From Pseudogymnoascus verrucosus (taxonomy: Eukaryota), in assembly GCA_001662655.1 (NCBI GenBank), contig KV460235.1: 58,837 nt of DNA. One strand, 5' to 3'. The translations under genes and the position numbers were made by a program. Below, one piece after another: positions 1-12,630 of this stretch (position 1 is the first letter of the stretch; each line of letters begins with the position of its first letter). The notes beneath the pieces were generated by a model, which was not told the DNA's origin, searched no databases, and saw only the letters and a list, made by a program, of their open reading frames with translations.

Positions 1-913
1 ACCGTCTGTTGGTTCGGTTTGCGATGCGCCGAACCGAGCTTGGATAACATCTTATTATGCGCAATACCGCCGGAACATGTGTATTTCAGTTGCTCCCTCA
101 CAGCAGCCCGAACGTCTCGGACTATCTCTGAGCCGAGAAGGATGGCCACGTCGTCCCAGTCCGGATCATCATCTTCTGTTTCGCTAACGTCGAGGTCGAC
201 TAAGGCGTCTGCTTTCCAATCCAATACAGTGGTTGGGGGCAGCGGAAGAAACTCGGATAGATCCTTAGGTGGCGACGAAAGTTCAGGATAATGCTCCAAA
301 AGGATGCTATGAACCTGTGCAGATAAATCCAGAAAGACCTCATCTATACCTGCCTTCTCAACCCTCTGTAAGTCTGGCGGAAGGCATCCTTTCATGCAAG
401 CCAGGATCTTCCGAGACTCCAGCCTATACGGGTCAAGAGAGACTTTGTGCGTGGCCATGTTCGCAGATGCATCTTTGTGGTATGCCCATTTCACATCGCC
501 TTCTTTCCACGTCGCCACATGCTGCAAGATGGCATCTGGACATAGCTTTCTTGCCTCCTTCGCCGTGAGCATCCTTGATATGCCGAACGTACGGGCTGGG
601 TAATTCACTGCTATGAGGGATTGCCTGGGAATGAAGAGCAATTATCAGCACAATAATATAATCATAAAAGATTTTAAACAAGGATAACCCACCACTGCTG
701 CACCGCAAGAGGCTTGTCCTCTGGCAGGCCCAATCGCACCATCTCGCATTGGGCGTAGAAGGCATCGAGATCAATATGAGCAATGACTCGAAGGGGGCAT
801 GTTACCGAAGACAGTGCAAGATGAGCAAGTTGTCTATATGTGAATTTCGACCGCTTGGTCGCATCGCCGCCAGCGGTAGGAGACGATTGCTCAAATGGCT
901 GTGAGGACGACAT
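1..913 (-). CDS. RAD30: DNA polymerase eta (Y-family, Rad30/Eso1), 5' part; gene continues beyond the window edge
   Basis: RVIAHIDLDAFYAQCEMVRLGL...PLAVQQW; intron 692..625 (GTGGGT...CCAG) joins to QSLIAVNYPAR, the IMS/UmuC N-terminal motifs. Confidence 0.93.
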
Positions 914-1486
914 CGCGCGCAGCTATGGACTGTACCTGTCCCAAAGCGTCTGTGGTCCACACCGTGAAATTTAACCACCTGTCAGCCTAACACTGCTAGG
1001 TAGCCCCTGCCGGCATTTTAAAAACGGTAAATTGTCTTGAATCTTTGCTTGGACTTGGAATTCACCAATGCTGAATACCGCCGCGTGATCGACCTCGCCA
1101 GGTGCGTGACACGTTCGTTGGTAACGCGCCCGCGTAAAGTGTTTTTCCAAGGCAGTGTGATTCCAAACATGTGGTCAGAAATGGGTGGAATAAAGGTACT
1201 AAGCAAAGCAAAAAGTTAAGACATAGTCGTGAAGCATGCATATGCTATATTTCTTGCTTCCTTTGACGTATTAGCGTTATTTATGATGTGTTGTGACTTC
1301 TTGGTTGTTCTCGTCTGGGTGTCATCTGATCTAATCTTATCGGATCTGATGTGATCCTGGACATGTCAAGGTACTTCAGCCTCACATAATCCTGTTGACT
1401 CAGCTGTCTAAGAATGTTTAAGAAGACACGTCTCGGTGTTGTTCTTTGGAAAATGGGTTTTGCAAGATCGGATATTTGCAGCCGCG

Positions 1487-2625
1487 ATGCTATCCCTCTC
1501 AGACCTCCCTCCTGAAATCCTCTCGGAAATAGCTACGTTTGTTGGGGGGGAATATCTTCGGGATCAGACAGAAAGGCTGCTCTTGTGCAAGGCTTGGTTC
1601 GACTCCCATATCCTCAGAGTAAAACTAGTCTAAAGGCATACTTTAGGTACAGAGCTGCGCATCATCTGGCTTTTGAGAATGTTATTATCGACATCGGGCC
1701 CCTCGAGCGTTGTCTGGCTGAGTCTCACTTTCCTGACAGCCTCGTGGGGACCAAATCATTATTTATCAGAGGCAAACCCTTCCACAAGACTTTAAGGTCT
1801 TATAACAAACTGATGGCAGCAAAAATGGAATGTATAGCAGGGCGAAACCATAACAGAAAGGGCGCTGAGATGTATCTAAGAAGGTGGTGGACCATCAACA
1901 TGTGCAACCTTCTCACATCTTTTGCCAAATATCTACCCCAAATGGCTGACCTCCGCTCTTTTCGAGTCAAAGTGCCTATTGGGTCGTTAACATCCGAGCG
2001 GCTGGACAGTCTCAGATGTGCAGCTACAGTCTCACTGATCTCGCACCTTCCGAAGACTCTCACGAGTCTTACGATTGATACTCCAGGAGGGCCGTCGCGA
2101 TTCAAGCCGCAAATGGCGCAGTCCAACCACGTCTGCCCGCTTCTACTGAATAAGGAGGTATTGCCATCGTTGCGCCATCTGGCGATTCGCAGCCACAACA
2201 TTTGCCCAGAACTTTGTGCAGTAGACGACTCTAGGCTACAAACCCAACTCCAAACATTGATAGTAAACCTCAGCATGGCCGAGGGAGGGTTTTACGCCGC
2301 AGTTAATTCTCGCTACTGTGAAGAAGACAAGTACGAAAGGAAACCCATATACCCGCATATGAAGACGCTGGCAAAATCCGTAGCGCATCGCTTTCCAGCT
2401 ATAACAATGATGAGACTTCTCTGTATCAACCCCAAATCGCCAGGTAGTCTCGGGATTTGCTACAACGTCCTCTCGGAGCGAGAAGTCCTTTTACCCGATG
2501 ATGTGCTTTGGGATGATGTGGATTGGGATGATACGGATGCTGAGCCAGCCCCCCCTCCAAGCGAACATTCGGACCCGGACGATTCAAACATCGAAGCTTC
2601 TTATGATGGATCGTTGTCACCCTGA
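1487..2625 (+). CDS. F-box-like domain protein (hypothetical), acidic C-terminus
   Basis: MLSLSDLPPEILSEIA...LLCKAW F-box-like start; intron 1597..1646 (GTTCGA...TTAG) joins in frame to the 346-aa ORF ending at 2625. Confidence 0.75.
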
Positions 2626-3821
2626 GCGTTCTCGGCTCGTCTCTAACGAGATATAACCAATCGGTGCAGCCGCCTTTTTCCCGGTTGCACTGCTTCCGAG
2701 CCGCCACTAAACTTGGTTCTGTTGTAAAACCTTGAACTAGAGGGGCAACCTCTTTATGTGCATATATTGTCTTGCAGCGCTTCGAGCTGTGGCTACATCT
2801 TGCTGTCTATTGTTTTTCATAACTTTTATACTCGCTGTTGTGGCATGTTTTAAATTGGTGCTACAGGAGACCATTGACCAAATATAAGTGCTTAGAGGCT
2901 ACAGAGTTGCTTTATCAAAATTCGTGCGACTTGTCACGGCTGACTATTCTCTACACCATCTCTTTGACTGTTAGTACAGGACATCTCAGAGCTATAGCTC
3001 AATACTCGTAGGACCATGTGAATAAATGGGCAGGATATTAGCAATTCTACGATTTAAAACAAAATGCACAATTTGGTTAGCTCTTAGCACAAGACTTTTG
3101 GGTTGCACGAGTATGCTTGCGGTTATTGAAGAATGGGTGCTCTGTCTACTATCTAGTTCAGCAATATCACTACCTACCAATCACCTCTTACATGGCTCCG
3201 CTGCTCAGCTGTCAAGTTGAAGCTGATAGCCTCCCGGTATACTCTTTTCGACCTGCAGAATTCATGCACGTCAGCACTTGCAGCGGATGCTGCCGCTTCC
3301 ATGCACAGCACTGACTCGCGTCCCCAATTGGCTATTATATATCGGCGTTCTACCAACGATAATGATGGACGTGTATATATTGGCAGACACGAACGGTTTC
3401 TCGCCCTCACTGATTCAAACGGGAGCATATGCAATAGATCCCATTATGAATTTGTAGCATCAATGACGAATACCCGCAGCCATGTGTGGTGGCACAGGAT
3501 TCCAGGCCGCCTACACAACAGAGATGCAACGAATGAAGTGCTGGTTGATGCAGAATCATTCTCGTGGGCGGTGGTCAACTGCATAGCTGAGGGGTAGATG
3601 TTGCAAAATGACACGATGATGGAGCTCAAAGCCAATATGGCGAAGTTTTCCGTGGAGATGGCATGTGCGACCGACTCAAACCAAAAGTTTATAGATGGAG
3701 CGATCCTCCCCCCTTTCGCACCATTCCATTTCTCATACTCGACTTCAAGAACAGAAGAATAATTACAATCCATACATATTCTATAACTAACCTATACACT
3801 TTTACATTTCTACCTAACACA

Positions 3822-4965
3822 ATGTCCGCCTCAGATATCATCTTTAGTGGGTTCGCACTCTCCTCTTAGAAGGATATCAAGCTTACACTTGATCCCAGAC
3901 ACCGCCATCGCGGCCGTGAACAACAACGACCACCTCCGCGTCTACACCCAAGACACCAACGGTGGCATCCGCGAGTCCCTCTACGAGGGCAAATGGCAAA
4001 ATGGCAACGCCGGCAACACCATCGTGACAGCCAAGCTCGGCAGCCCCATCGCCGCGACCTCCAAGGAGCTCAAGGAGGTAACTCCCCCCGATATCCACCC
4101 CGTCCCATTCCCAACTAACCAGCCCTAGATCCGCGTCTACACCCTCTCCACAGACAATATACTCACTGAGACAGCCTACTCCGCCGGCCGCGGCTGGTAC
4201 ACCGGCGACCTCGGCGCCAAAAAGTTCGTCGTCGCGCCCTACTCCAAGATCGCAGCCACCTTCCTTGCAACGGGATCCTCCCTCCAGCTGCGTGTCTACG
4301 CCCAGCTCCCCGACAACACCATCCAAGAATACGGCTACGATAGTGCGTCCCCCCCCCACCCCCAGTCTCACCCATTTACACCCCACTAACAAAATCCCAG
4401 GCGCCTCCACTGGCTGGGTAAAGCAAACCAACCTCGGCAGCGCCGTCGCCGGCTCCTCCATCGCCACAACATCCTTCAACATCTCCAGCCTCAGCATCCG
4501 GTACCCTACCCCCCCAACAACAGTCTCCAAGCTATACCTGAGCCGCAACTAACACCCCTTAGCACATACATCCAAACCCCCTCCCTGTCCCTCGCCGAAC
4601 ACGCCTACGACACCCCCAAAGGGTGGTACACCGGCGCCTTCAGTGTTCCCTCCGCCCCCCCCCGCGCCGCCATCGCCGCGACCTCGTACGCCGCGTCCGC
4701 CTCCGCGATCTCTCTCCGCGTATACCACGCCGCAGCGGATAATACGCTGGTAGAGCGCGCGTATGATGGGGATGGATGGTATGCGGGTGCATTTGTGCAG
4801 AAGACGGTGCCGGGGACACAGGCGGCGGTGATTGAGTGGACGACCCAGGGGACGCAGTTGAGGGTTTACTTTCAGAATGGGACGCAGGTTAGTGGGGTTA
4901 GTGAGTGGGTGTGGAGTGGGGAGTGGGTTAAGGGGGCTGCGGCGATTCCGCCAGCTGCACAGTAA
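3822..4965 (+). CDS. fleA: Fucose-specific lectin (AAL/AFL/FleA six-bladed beta-propeller)
   Basis: Spliced product [98 protein letters not shown] closely follows Aspergillus FleA; introns 3847-3898, 4078-4128, 4343-4400, 4501-4562. Confidence 0.93.
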
Positions 4966-5318
4966 AGGGGGAATTGAGGTTTGGTGGGGAGATGGGGATG
5001 AGGTAAGCGCTGGGACACTCGTTTTATGAGGCCGAGGAAATGCGGGGGAAGGTATGGGATCGTAGTTAGTCAATGAGATTTGATGCTGCCAGCCCTTTTT
5101 AAACTGCATGTGGCTACGTAGCCATCCCATCTCTGCGATCTCTCCCGATTCACCTGTTCCACCCACAACCTACCAACTAGATTATCATCCCCATCAGGAC
5201 GGACACCGCAATCAAACATTCTAGAGGCGTTGTATTGTTACAATATACCTATTATACAAGTCCTCCTTACCCCAACCCATCCCATTCCATCCCATATTAC
5301 CACTCCATGACCCCACCA

Positions 5319-6064
5319 TCACCTACCAATCCCTCCCTTCCCCCCTTTCCCCCTAATGGTCCCCCTCAAAACCTCCAACTCCCTCCTCAACCCCTCCACC
5401 TCCCTCTCGAGCTCCGCCACCCTCTCCGTCTGCCTCGCCCTAAACGCTCTTTGTGCAGCTCGATTCTGTGCTCGTCTCTTCATTTTCTACGAGTTTAATT
5501 AGCCCCTATCCATCTCTCGCATTTCTTTGTTCTCTTCCAACTCCAACTCCATCTAGTTGGTGGGGGCGAGAAGGGGGATAAATAAAACGAATGACGAACC
5601 TGCGCACTAACCCTGTCCCCGCCACAATCCCTCTCCTCCTCCTTCAACGGTGTGTATTTCTCCCCCTCACCCCCGCTCCCTCCAATGGGACTCTCAGGCG
5701 TCAAAGGGCTCGCACTCGTACTCGCCGGACTCGTCCCCCCAGACGGCAAGAACGAGAGACTCGGTCTATATGCGCCCCCTTTCGGTGGCGCAAAGTCCAG
5801 GCGCGGGCGGTATGGCGCTGGTCTGTGTGTGTGAGCCGTATTGTGCCTCTGGATGTGTGTGTGTGTGTTGTGGAGGGGTTGGTTGTGATTATGATTTTGC
5901 TTGTGATTCGATTTATGACACGGCGCAGAAGGAGGAGGAGGAGGGGGAGGAGCATATATCGGTGATGGTGACCGCGAGTGAATGGGTGAGGCGAGGGGGT
6001 AGAGGTCCGCGAAATACGCGTCCCCTGGTATAGGGCTCGACGCCGTGGAGGAGGGGCTGGTCAT
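5319..6064 (-). CDS. bZIP transcription factor, AP-1/Yap-like basic region
   Basis: Intron 5599..5487 (GTTCGT...GCTAAT...TAG); exon 2 reads KMKRRAQNRAAQRAFRARQTERVAELEREVEGLRRELEVL (basic region plus leucine heptads), stop at 5321-5319; this exon is missed by the ORF track. Confidence 0.85.
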
Positions 6065-6109
6065 CTTGGTTGCGCCTTGTATGCGCTACGGTGAGGTTTG
6101 ATATCAAGT

Positions 6110-6223
6110 CTATGAGACGGAGCGGGGATGTTTGTTTTGAGGCGGCGACGAGGTCGAGGTCAGGAGCATAGGCAATGAGGAGGACATGGTGAGGGCTTGC
6201 GCGGTGGAGGAGGAGGGGATCAT
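6110..6223 (-). promoter_or_regulatory. Candidate upstream ORF (37 codons, three ATGs) ahead of the bZIP gene
   Basis: ATG 6223 to TAG 6112-6110, in frame with and 45 nt upstream of the bZIP ATG at 6064. Confidence 0.35.
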
Positions 6224-6407
6224 ATATCCAAAAGGCCAGAATCCCTCTCACCTCCCTCTATATTTTCATCTCCGCGGACTTACAACCTCTTCATCGCCTC
6301 TCCCCTCCATCCAGCGTCACAGCAAGACAAGACACAAGACACAAGACAACCCCGCCGTCACACCTCACTCACTCACCCACGCACACGCGCTTAGAAATTA
6401 GTAAAAT

Positions 6408-6489
6408 TTCAAATCCCGCCACGAGGCTGCATCGCGCTGCACCGCGCGCCGCACGCTCGGTCGGAGCGCCCAGCCTTGCGGGATTTGAA
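6408..6489. other. Strong inverted repeat / stem-loop
   Basis: TTCAAATCCCGC (6408-6419) pairs with GCGGGATTTGAA (6478-6489); inner AGGCTG/CAGCCT, GCGCT/AGCGC, ACCG/CGGT. Confidence 0.6.
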
Positions 6490-7549
6490 GGGACGAGGTA
6501 GGGGGGGAGGGGATTGGATGGTGAGGGGCCGGTGTACCGAGGATCGGTGGAGGGGGTTGTGTGACATGATGGGTGAGAGGCGAGTGCCGGCCGGTAGAAG
6601 GGCGAAGAAGTTCGGTGCATTGACATAGCTAGTTTCTGTCAGCATGCTTGGTGGAGAGGTGTTGTGGTGAATATGCATGCATGGGTGAAGCTCCCCTTTC
6701 TCCTTCTCATTCATGCGCGTTGGACTCGGTGTTTTGGAGTCATACTCATATCACACTGCTCAAGACTGGACAAGTAAAATATTCCCACATCACCTCCTCC
6801 CGCCTCTAAGGAATTCAATTACAACACAGTACTCCACAGCATTACCTCTCCCCCCCACCTTCAATAAACAAAAGCACTCAAGCAAGCGCCAAGCGCCCAC
6901 CGCCCAGTCCAGCCCGCAGCCCATCCCGCTCCTCGGCCGGAGATGTCAAGCGATGCGGGGGTGGGGCCGTTCCACCGAAGGGGGCGTGACCACGGCGGGA
7001 GAGGATGCATTACCATAACCTAAATAAATAAAAAAAGCCTCATAATTCCCGACTGTCGCCGAAAGTCAGGTTTTGTGGTCATACTATATCATCTCGTGCC
7101 CTGGTACCGCTTCAGAATTTGGTATTTGGAAAAAGCCCTCCGTCAACGCCCGTTTGCAGACGGGATGGAGCCCCCGTAGTTGAGGCGTCGCTGGTTGCGG
7201 CTAGTATCACGTGATTTGGTGATTTGTGCCAAGGGGTATCACGTGTTCAAACAAAGAAAATCGGGATGATTCCAGGCCCGCCTTACCCAAAATCTCGAGC
7301 CCAGAATAGTCTCGGCGCCGCGTCAAGAAAACGTCCCGTTCGTTCGCTTCGTTCGCGCGTTTATCTCGACGACGTTCGTTCAGTGAGCGCTTTCACAATC
7401 TCGGCATTAACATTTCGTGCGCTGTACAAAACACGTTACTCTGAAAGAAGAGCAACCACACAGACACGCAAAGGGGTCCTACACCCACCCACCCACCACG
7501 TGACGATATTCACCCCTAGAACAGCATCCAAAAGACTCACCCAGCAAAC

Positions 7550-8287
7550 ATGGACATCCTCAAACCCCTCACCACCCGCCTAACCGCGCACCCCAAACTC
7601 CTCATCTCCGCGCTCTCCATCGCCGCCCCCATCGCCTACCTAAGCTACCTCCACCACACCCTCTCCAAAACCACCACCCACGTCCGCAGCTCTGGGCCGC
7701 TGACCCGGGAAGCCGTCGCGGATATCTCCTCCGTCCCCGCGTCGGTGCTGGGGGGTGGTTACAAGATGGTCCGCGATAAGGCGTGGAAGCGCGTTCCCAA
7801 GACGGAGATGCCAGACAAGGGGGGGGAGGAGATGGTGAAATTGTATTTGAGAGAGACGATGGGGTTGTTTGCGAGGAGGTTTCCCCAGGCTTATTTGTTG
7901 AGGGTTGTTGCTCCTGGGGGCGCTAGGACGTTCGATAAGGAATATATTGGGGGTTGTGTGTTTGGGGTTGGGGAGGTGGTGGCGGGGGTTTATAAGGTTG
8001 CGAGGAGGGAGGGGAGTGAGAAGAGTGGGGTGGTGGAGTTTGAGATGGTGATGGGTAAGGAGAAGAGGGAGGGCGCGCCGGAGGGGAGGTTGGTGGTTGG
8101 GGGGAGAGAAGTGGAAGGGGAGTGGGAGTGGTGGAGTGAGACGGTTATGTGGGTTGAGGAGGGGGGGGCGATGCCGTTGGAGAAGAGGGGGGTGAGGTGG
8201 TTGCATGAGGTTGCGGCGTGGTGGTTGTTGGGGAGGGGGGTGGGGTATTTGAAGGGGTTGAAGAGGGCTGAGGGGAAGGGGGAGTAG
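7550..8287 (+). CDS. Hypothetical protein with N-terminal hydrophobic anchor
   Basis: Intronless 245-aa ORF, good start context (CAAACATGG), strong codon bias, LLISALSIAAPIAYLSYL hydrophobic segment. Confidence 0.75.
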   Translation: MDILKPLTTRLTAHPKLLISALSIAAPIAYLSYLHHTLSKTTTHVRSSGPLTREAVADISSVPASVLGGGYKMVRDKAWKRVPKTEMPDKGGEEMVKLYLRETMGLFARRFPQAYLLRVVAPGGARTFDKEYIGGCVFGVGEVVAGVYKVARREGSEKSGVVEFEMVMGKEKREGAPEGRLVVGGREVEGEWEWWSETVMWVEEGGAMPLEKRGVRWLHEVAAWWLLGRGVGYLKGLKRAEGKGE

Positions 8288-8406
8288 GTGGGGATGGGTC
8301 GGGGGGGTTGTTGGATATTTGAAGGGGAATAGAAGGGTAGTGATGTGGTTCGGAAGGGGATGTAATGGGGGGAGGGTTATTTTGGGTTTTGGAGAGGTGG
8401 AAGGAG

Positions 8407-8445
8407 GATGGTGTATGATGGTGTATGATGGTGTATGATGGTGTA
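8407..8445. repeat. 10-bp tandem repeat (GATGGTGTAT) x ~4
   Basis: Direct reading of sequence. Confidence 0.85.
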
Positions 8446-9067
8446 AGATCTAGAAGCAGAATGACATGCGGTGGTGTATAATCTGATAGACAACAGCAGG
8501 GGTGGCATGTCATCCCAAGGCAATTATCTTGATCTACTAGGAGAAAACTGGCGTTGAGCATCATGCCAACTCTGGTGTCCTCTGCAAGCCTTGTCCAACC
8601 CTGCCGAAAAAAGCTTATGGGAAAGACAATAGTACATATACACAAATATTTGATTCCCGCCGACACGGAATGGATACCAAACAGGCGCACGATGAAAAAT
8701 ACGTTTGGTCTAGGTCTTGATACATACATGCTTGCTCCCCTCTTCCACTCGCATATGCACACCACACCACGCGCCATTATCAGCGTGGGTATTACCACTT
8801 CAAGCCTACCTGTCTGCCTTCCTGACTGTATGTATATCTGTCCGCCGCGCATACACACGCGCACCCTATCCATCCACCCACCTCCCCGGCACCACGTATA
8901 AATCGACAAAAAAAAATAGAACAATGTACAGCGAAAAAATACGCCCTCCCTGCCCATCCACGGGGGCGGTGGTAAAAAAGGGATAACGCCTGGCACCCCT
9001 CGGGTTAACAAAACTAATGCAACACCCCCCTGACTTCAACTTGAAATCTCTTTTCCAACATCCACCC

Positions 9068-10646
9068 CTAATCAATAGCCATAAACCCAAACATCCCCAC
9101 TACCAACCCCACAACCACCACCGTCAATATCCCCGCTCCCACCTTCCCCCCCGTCGTCGCCGGCGTCATCTTGGAGTAATCCACCACATCATTCCCCGCA
9201 TTCGGATCGCCCACGCTCGTCCCCCCCGTCGAATTCGACACAATATTCCTCGCGTTCTTAATCAGCAGACTCTGAATCACCTCCAGCGCCGCCATCTGCT
9301 GCCCAACGCCGCGCGTCCCATCCCACGCCGCCTTCTTGCTCCACGAGAGGCCGCAGACGCGACCGGTCGGGGCGCCGGAACATTGCAGTGCTGCGGCTGC
9401 GGCAGAGGTGCGCAGGGGTTTCATGACAGTGTCGTAGATGAAGGGGGCGACTTTGGTAGAGGCGGCCATCCAGCGGGTTAGGAAGGCTTTTTGGGCGTAC
9501 ATGTCGACGGAGCACGAGAGGTCGGTTTCGCAGGCGAGTTCGAAGGCGATGCCGTTGGGGAAGAAGACTTCGATTGTGCGCGCGAGGAGCTTCTCGACGC
9601 GGTCTTTCCAGATGGCGCTGCCGTCGGTCTAGGGGGGGGGGTTAGTGGTTGGTTTAGAGGTGGGGAAAAGGGGGGGGGGATAGAGAGGGGGACTAACGTA
9701 GTTGTACATGGTGGCGGCGCCGAGGAGGAAGATGCCTGCGTTGTAGGAGAAGGGCACTTTGTTGATCTCGGTGCAGTTATCCTTTTGGTCTCCACCATCA
9801 AAGATGTTATAGTCCTTATCGAGGAATCCCACGCCGCTCATCCAATCCCACGTCTCGCTCGCGTACTTGGCATACGTCGCGTTTTTGGTGTAGAGCGCGA
9901 GGCGCGCGCCGATGTTGAAGAAGCAGCCGTTAGAAATGGAGTTCTTGTAGCTGTACCCGTTGAGGTAGCTGTAGGCTTGCCAATGCAGACCGCCGCCGCA
10001 GGTTGTTGGGTCGAGACGCTCGGCCTGGGTGTGGAAGACGGCTTGGGCGAGGGCGAGCCATTGCGGCTCGTCTGCTGCGGGGTTCTCGAAGTTGAACTCG
10101 GCGGCTGTCATGGCGGACATGCCCCAGAATCCTGTGGTGGGAATGTTAGCTCTGTGGTCGCGATGCTTGTTAGGTGGGTGGGTGGTAGGTACCTTGATCA
10201 TCGTTACCCATACCGAGGGACTGGTTTTGGGGGAGATAGTCGAAGTGGTCACCGGACTGGTGAATCAACGCCTGCTTGATCACAGCGTTGTATGAGTCGT
10301 CGCCAGTGTAGTACCAGTAGTCGAGGAGGGAGCCGAACATGGCACCGGCCTCCCACCAGAAGTAACCCGCGTTGAGGACCAACGGCGTCGGAGGCGGCCC
10401 AGGAAGCAATCCCGGTGTCTGTCCTGACAAATTCCCCTTGTATTCCAACATCATGTCGTAGACAATCGTCGACGCGGCATTTTTGATAGATTCTAGAAAG
10501 AGACACAGAGTCAGCGGGCGGGAAGAGACATGCGATCAGGACGCGGGCGACGAACCATCATCGTCGATATTGAGTTCGATAGCACTGGCGACTCTGGCGC
10601 CTCCGAGGAGGAGCCATGCCGTAGAAACGAGTGTGGTGAGAAGCAT
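9068..10646 (-). CDS. GH76 mannan endo-1,6-alpha-mannosidase (Dfg5/Dcw1 family), signal peptide and GPI-type tail
   Basis: MLLTTLVSTAWLLLGGARVASAIELNID signal; YFWWEAGAMFGSLLDYWYYTGD, LGMGNDDQGFWG (catalytic DD), CGGGLHWQ, YKNSISNG, GVGQQMAAL; hydrophobic C-terminus; three introns (~10555-10495, ~10190-10131, ~9697-9629). Confidence 0.93.
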
Positions 10647-11744
10647 AACGAGAACGAGAACGACGCGGTGAGGCTCAACCGCACCTCATCGGCGCAGGAT
10701 CGGGATTGGGGAGGTGTTTTTGTCGTCGAGCACGGCGGTGCTTGGTGAGTGGCGGAAGCGCGGCTATGGCAGATTTGAGGTGGGTTGGGTAGTGAGCGAC
10801 GAATTCGTGTTGCTGACGGTCAGCGGCGCAACGAGCGGAAGTGCGAAATGAGGTCCGTTCGGGCGCGGAGAGAGTTTATAGTTTGGGGGAGGTTGAGGGT
10901 GAAGGTTCGACGACGGGTGAGGCCGTGATGGTTGAGGACGAGACGACGTTGGCTAGCAAAAGCAGGAGTGGTGATTGATGATGATGGTGGTTACTTGTGG
11001 ACTGTGGTACTGTGGACAGTGTGGGTGTGTGACGAAAGAACAGGATTCGTATAGGGACATGATCTTCACTCAGGGTACCGAGAGAGCGACGACGAGTCGA
11101 GGCTGTTGAGCCTGTGAACAGTGGGTGAAGTATTTTACAGTAGTAAATAGTATAGAGAGATACATGAGGTTGGGAGGGGTACGAGAGGTACAAGAGTTGC
11201 AAGTACTATAGTATGGTAGTATTGGCAGTATTGGAAGTACTACCTCCCTGTGGTCCCAGTTACTCCCACAGCTAGAAACAGAAAGAGCCAAGGAGGAGAG
11301 AAGAGAGAAGGGAACAGAGGGAAGTGAGAAGCGGGTACTCAGGGCAGGGTGGAGAGGGGAGTGGAGAGAAAATAGAAGCATGGCGGAGGGGGAAGAGTGG
11401 GGAGAAGAACGACGAGAGCCAAGGGGAGCCAAGCACGCCCTGGTACAAGATATGTACAAGCGTACGGGTGAAAAATGCTTAGCAGCGAAGAAGACAGAAG
11501 GGGGAATTTATGCTGTGGGTGACAATTTACGGAGGTGAAGGAGGTGTAGGAGGTGGTGGAGGAGTTGAGGATTAGGGAGTTACAGGAGTTGAGGATTGAG
11601 GAAAGTGAAGATTTATGGGTAAGGGATGGGGGTATATGGGGATTGATGGGGATAAATAGGGGCAAGGGACCAATTAGAGTAATTAGAGTACCATATAAGA
11701 GTCAGTCAGTCAGTCTAGAGAATTTGGTGGGTGTTGTTCTGTAG

Positions 11745-11925
11745 TGCAGGCTGTAGGTAGTGGTCAAGGCTGTGGTCAAGGCTGTAGTGTAGGCTGTAGT
11801 GCAGAGTATTCTAGGTGGGCTGACTCTGTGCTTTAGAACAACACATACAGTGTGCTACAGAAGACAGAAGAGTAGAGCTCTAGAACATACACACAGGAGT
11901 GCTACAGAAGAGTAGAGTAGAGTAG
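11745..11925. repeat. Degenerate short tandem repeats (AGGCTGTRGT-like) and a duplicated ~45-bp unit
   Basis: Repeated aggctgtag/aggctgtgg units; tagaaca..acaca..gtgctacagaaga occurs twice. Confidence 0.6.
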
Positions 11926-12463
11926 ATGTGCTCTAATCATGTGATCTCTCTAACCAGACAAATATTGACATTATTCATCCCCCTCGTAACCGCACTCCAT
12001 ATGCATATTTATATCTCCATCTCTCTTTCCGTACCATACAAACAACAAAAAACTTGCCCCTCGCTCCCTCGTATCCAGGAACTAACTTACCACTCTCGCA
12101 CATCTAGTATAGTAGTATAGTGAACAATCTCCCATTCCGGAATAGCCCCATATTATTCCCCTCTTAGCGACCACCCATAGTCAGCACAGCACCGCAACCA
12201 ATCCCTGATCTGACCGAGCTAGTCTGGTTAGAGTCTAGCGCATGATCTTCTGCGTTTGCTTCGCCACCCCGCGATCTTTACCACAGCAAAATGCTTGGAG
12301 AGGAGAGTACTTTGTTGTAAGTACTATGGGATGTACTTTTCTATTTTGGAGGACGGATCTGCTTGTGATCGTCTAGATGGGATGGATGGTCTTGGGATTG
12401 ACTTCAACTTTTGCTGTGAACCCCCGCGCTGAGGTTTGTACACAGGAGAGAACAAGTAAGGTA

Positions 12464-12630
12464 CATAACATAACATAACATACACCATACCATATCCGCA
12501 CTCAGACAGAAAGTCCACTACAGCTACTAAAACAACAACTACTACTGCTTCTACTACTACTAACTACTGCTACAACTACTACTAATTACTGCTACTGCTT
12601 CTCTACTGCCTCTACTACTACCACCACCAA
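12464..12630. repeat. Microsatellites: (CATAA)n then imperfect (CTA/CTG)n
   Basis: Direct reading of sequence. Confidence 0.85.

Noticed and set aside
3026..3780. 126-aa ORF (3217-3597) with a possible continuation after TAG
   Set aside because: Non-ATG start, no recognisable motif or clear splice structure; could be a relic but cannot be supported
3883..5166. Long minus-strand ORFs (221 and 205 aa)
   Set aside because: Antisense shadows of the codon-biased lectin gene
7200..7400. Possible tRNA/ncRNA (GTTCG-rich stretch, TATCACGTG x2)
   Set aside because: No cloverleaf or A/B-box spacing could be built; more likely promoter motifs and a short GTTC repeat
7640..9011. Minus-strand ORFs of 188 and 288 aa
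   Set aside because: Low-complexity antisense products of the G-rich 7550 gene end and its spacer
9491..10279. 262-aa plus-strand ORF
   Set aside because: Antisense to GH76 exons
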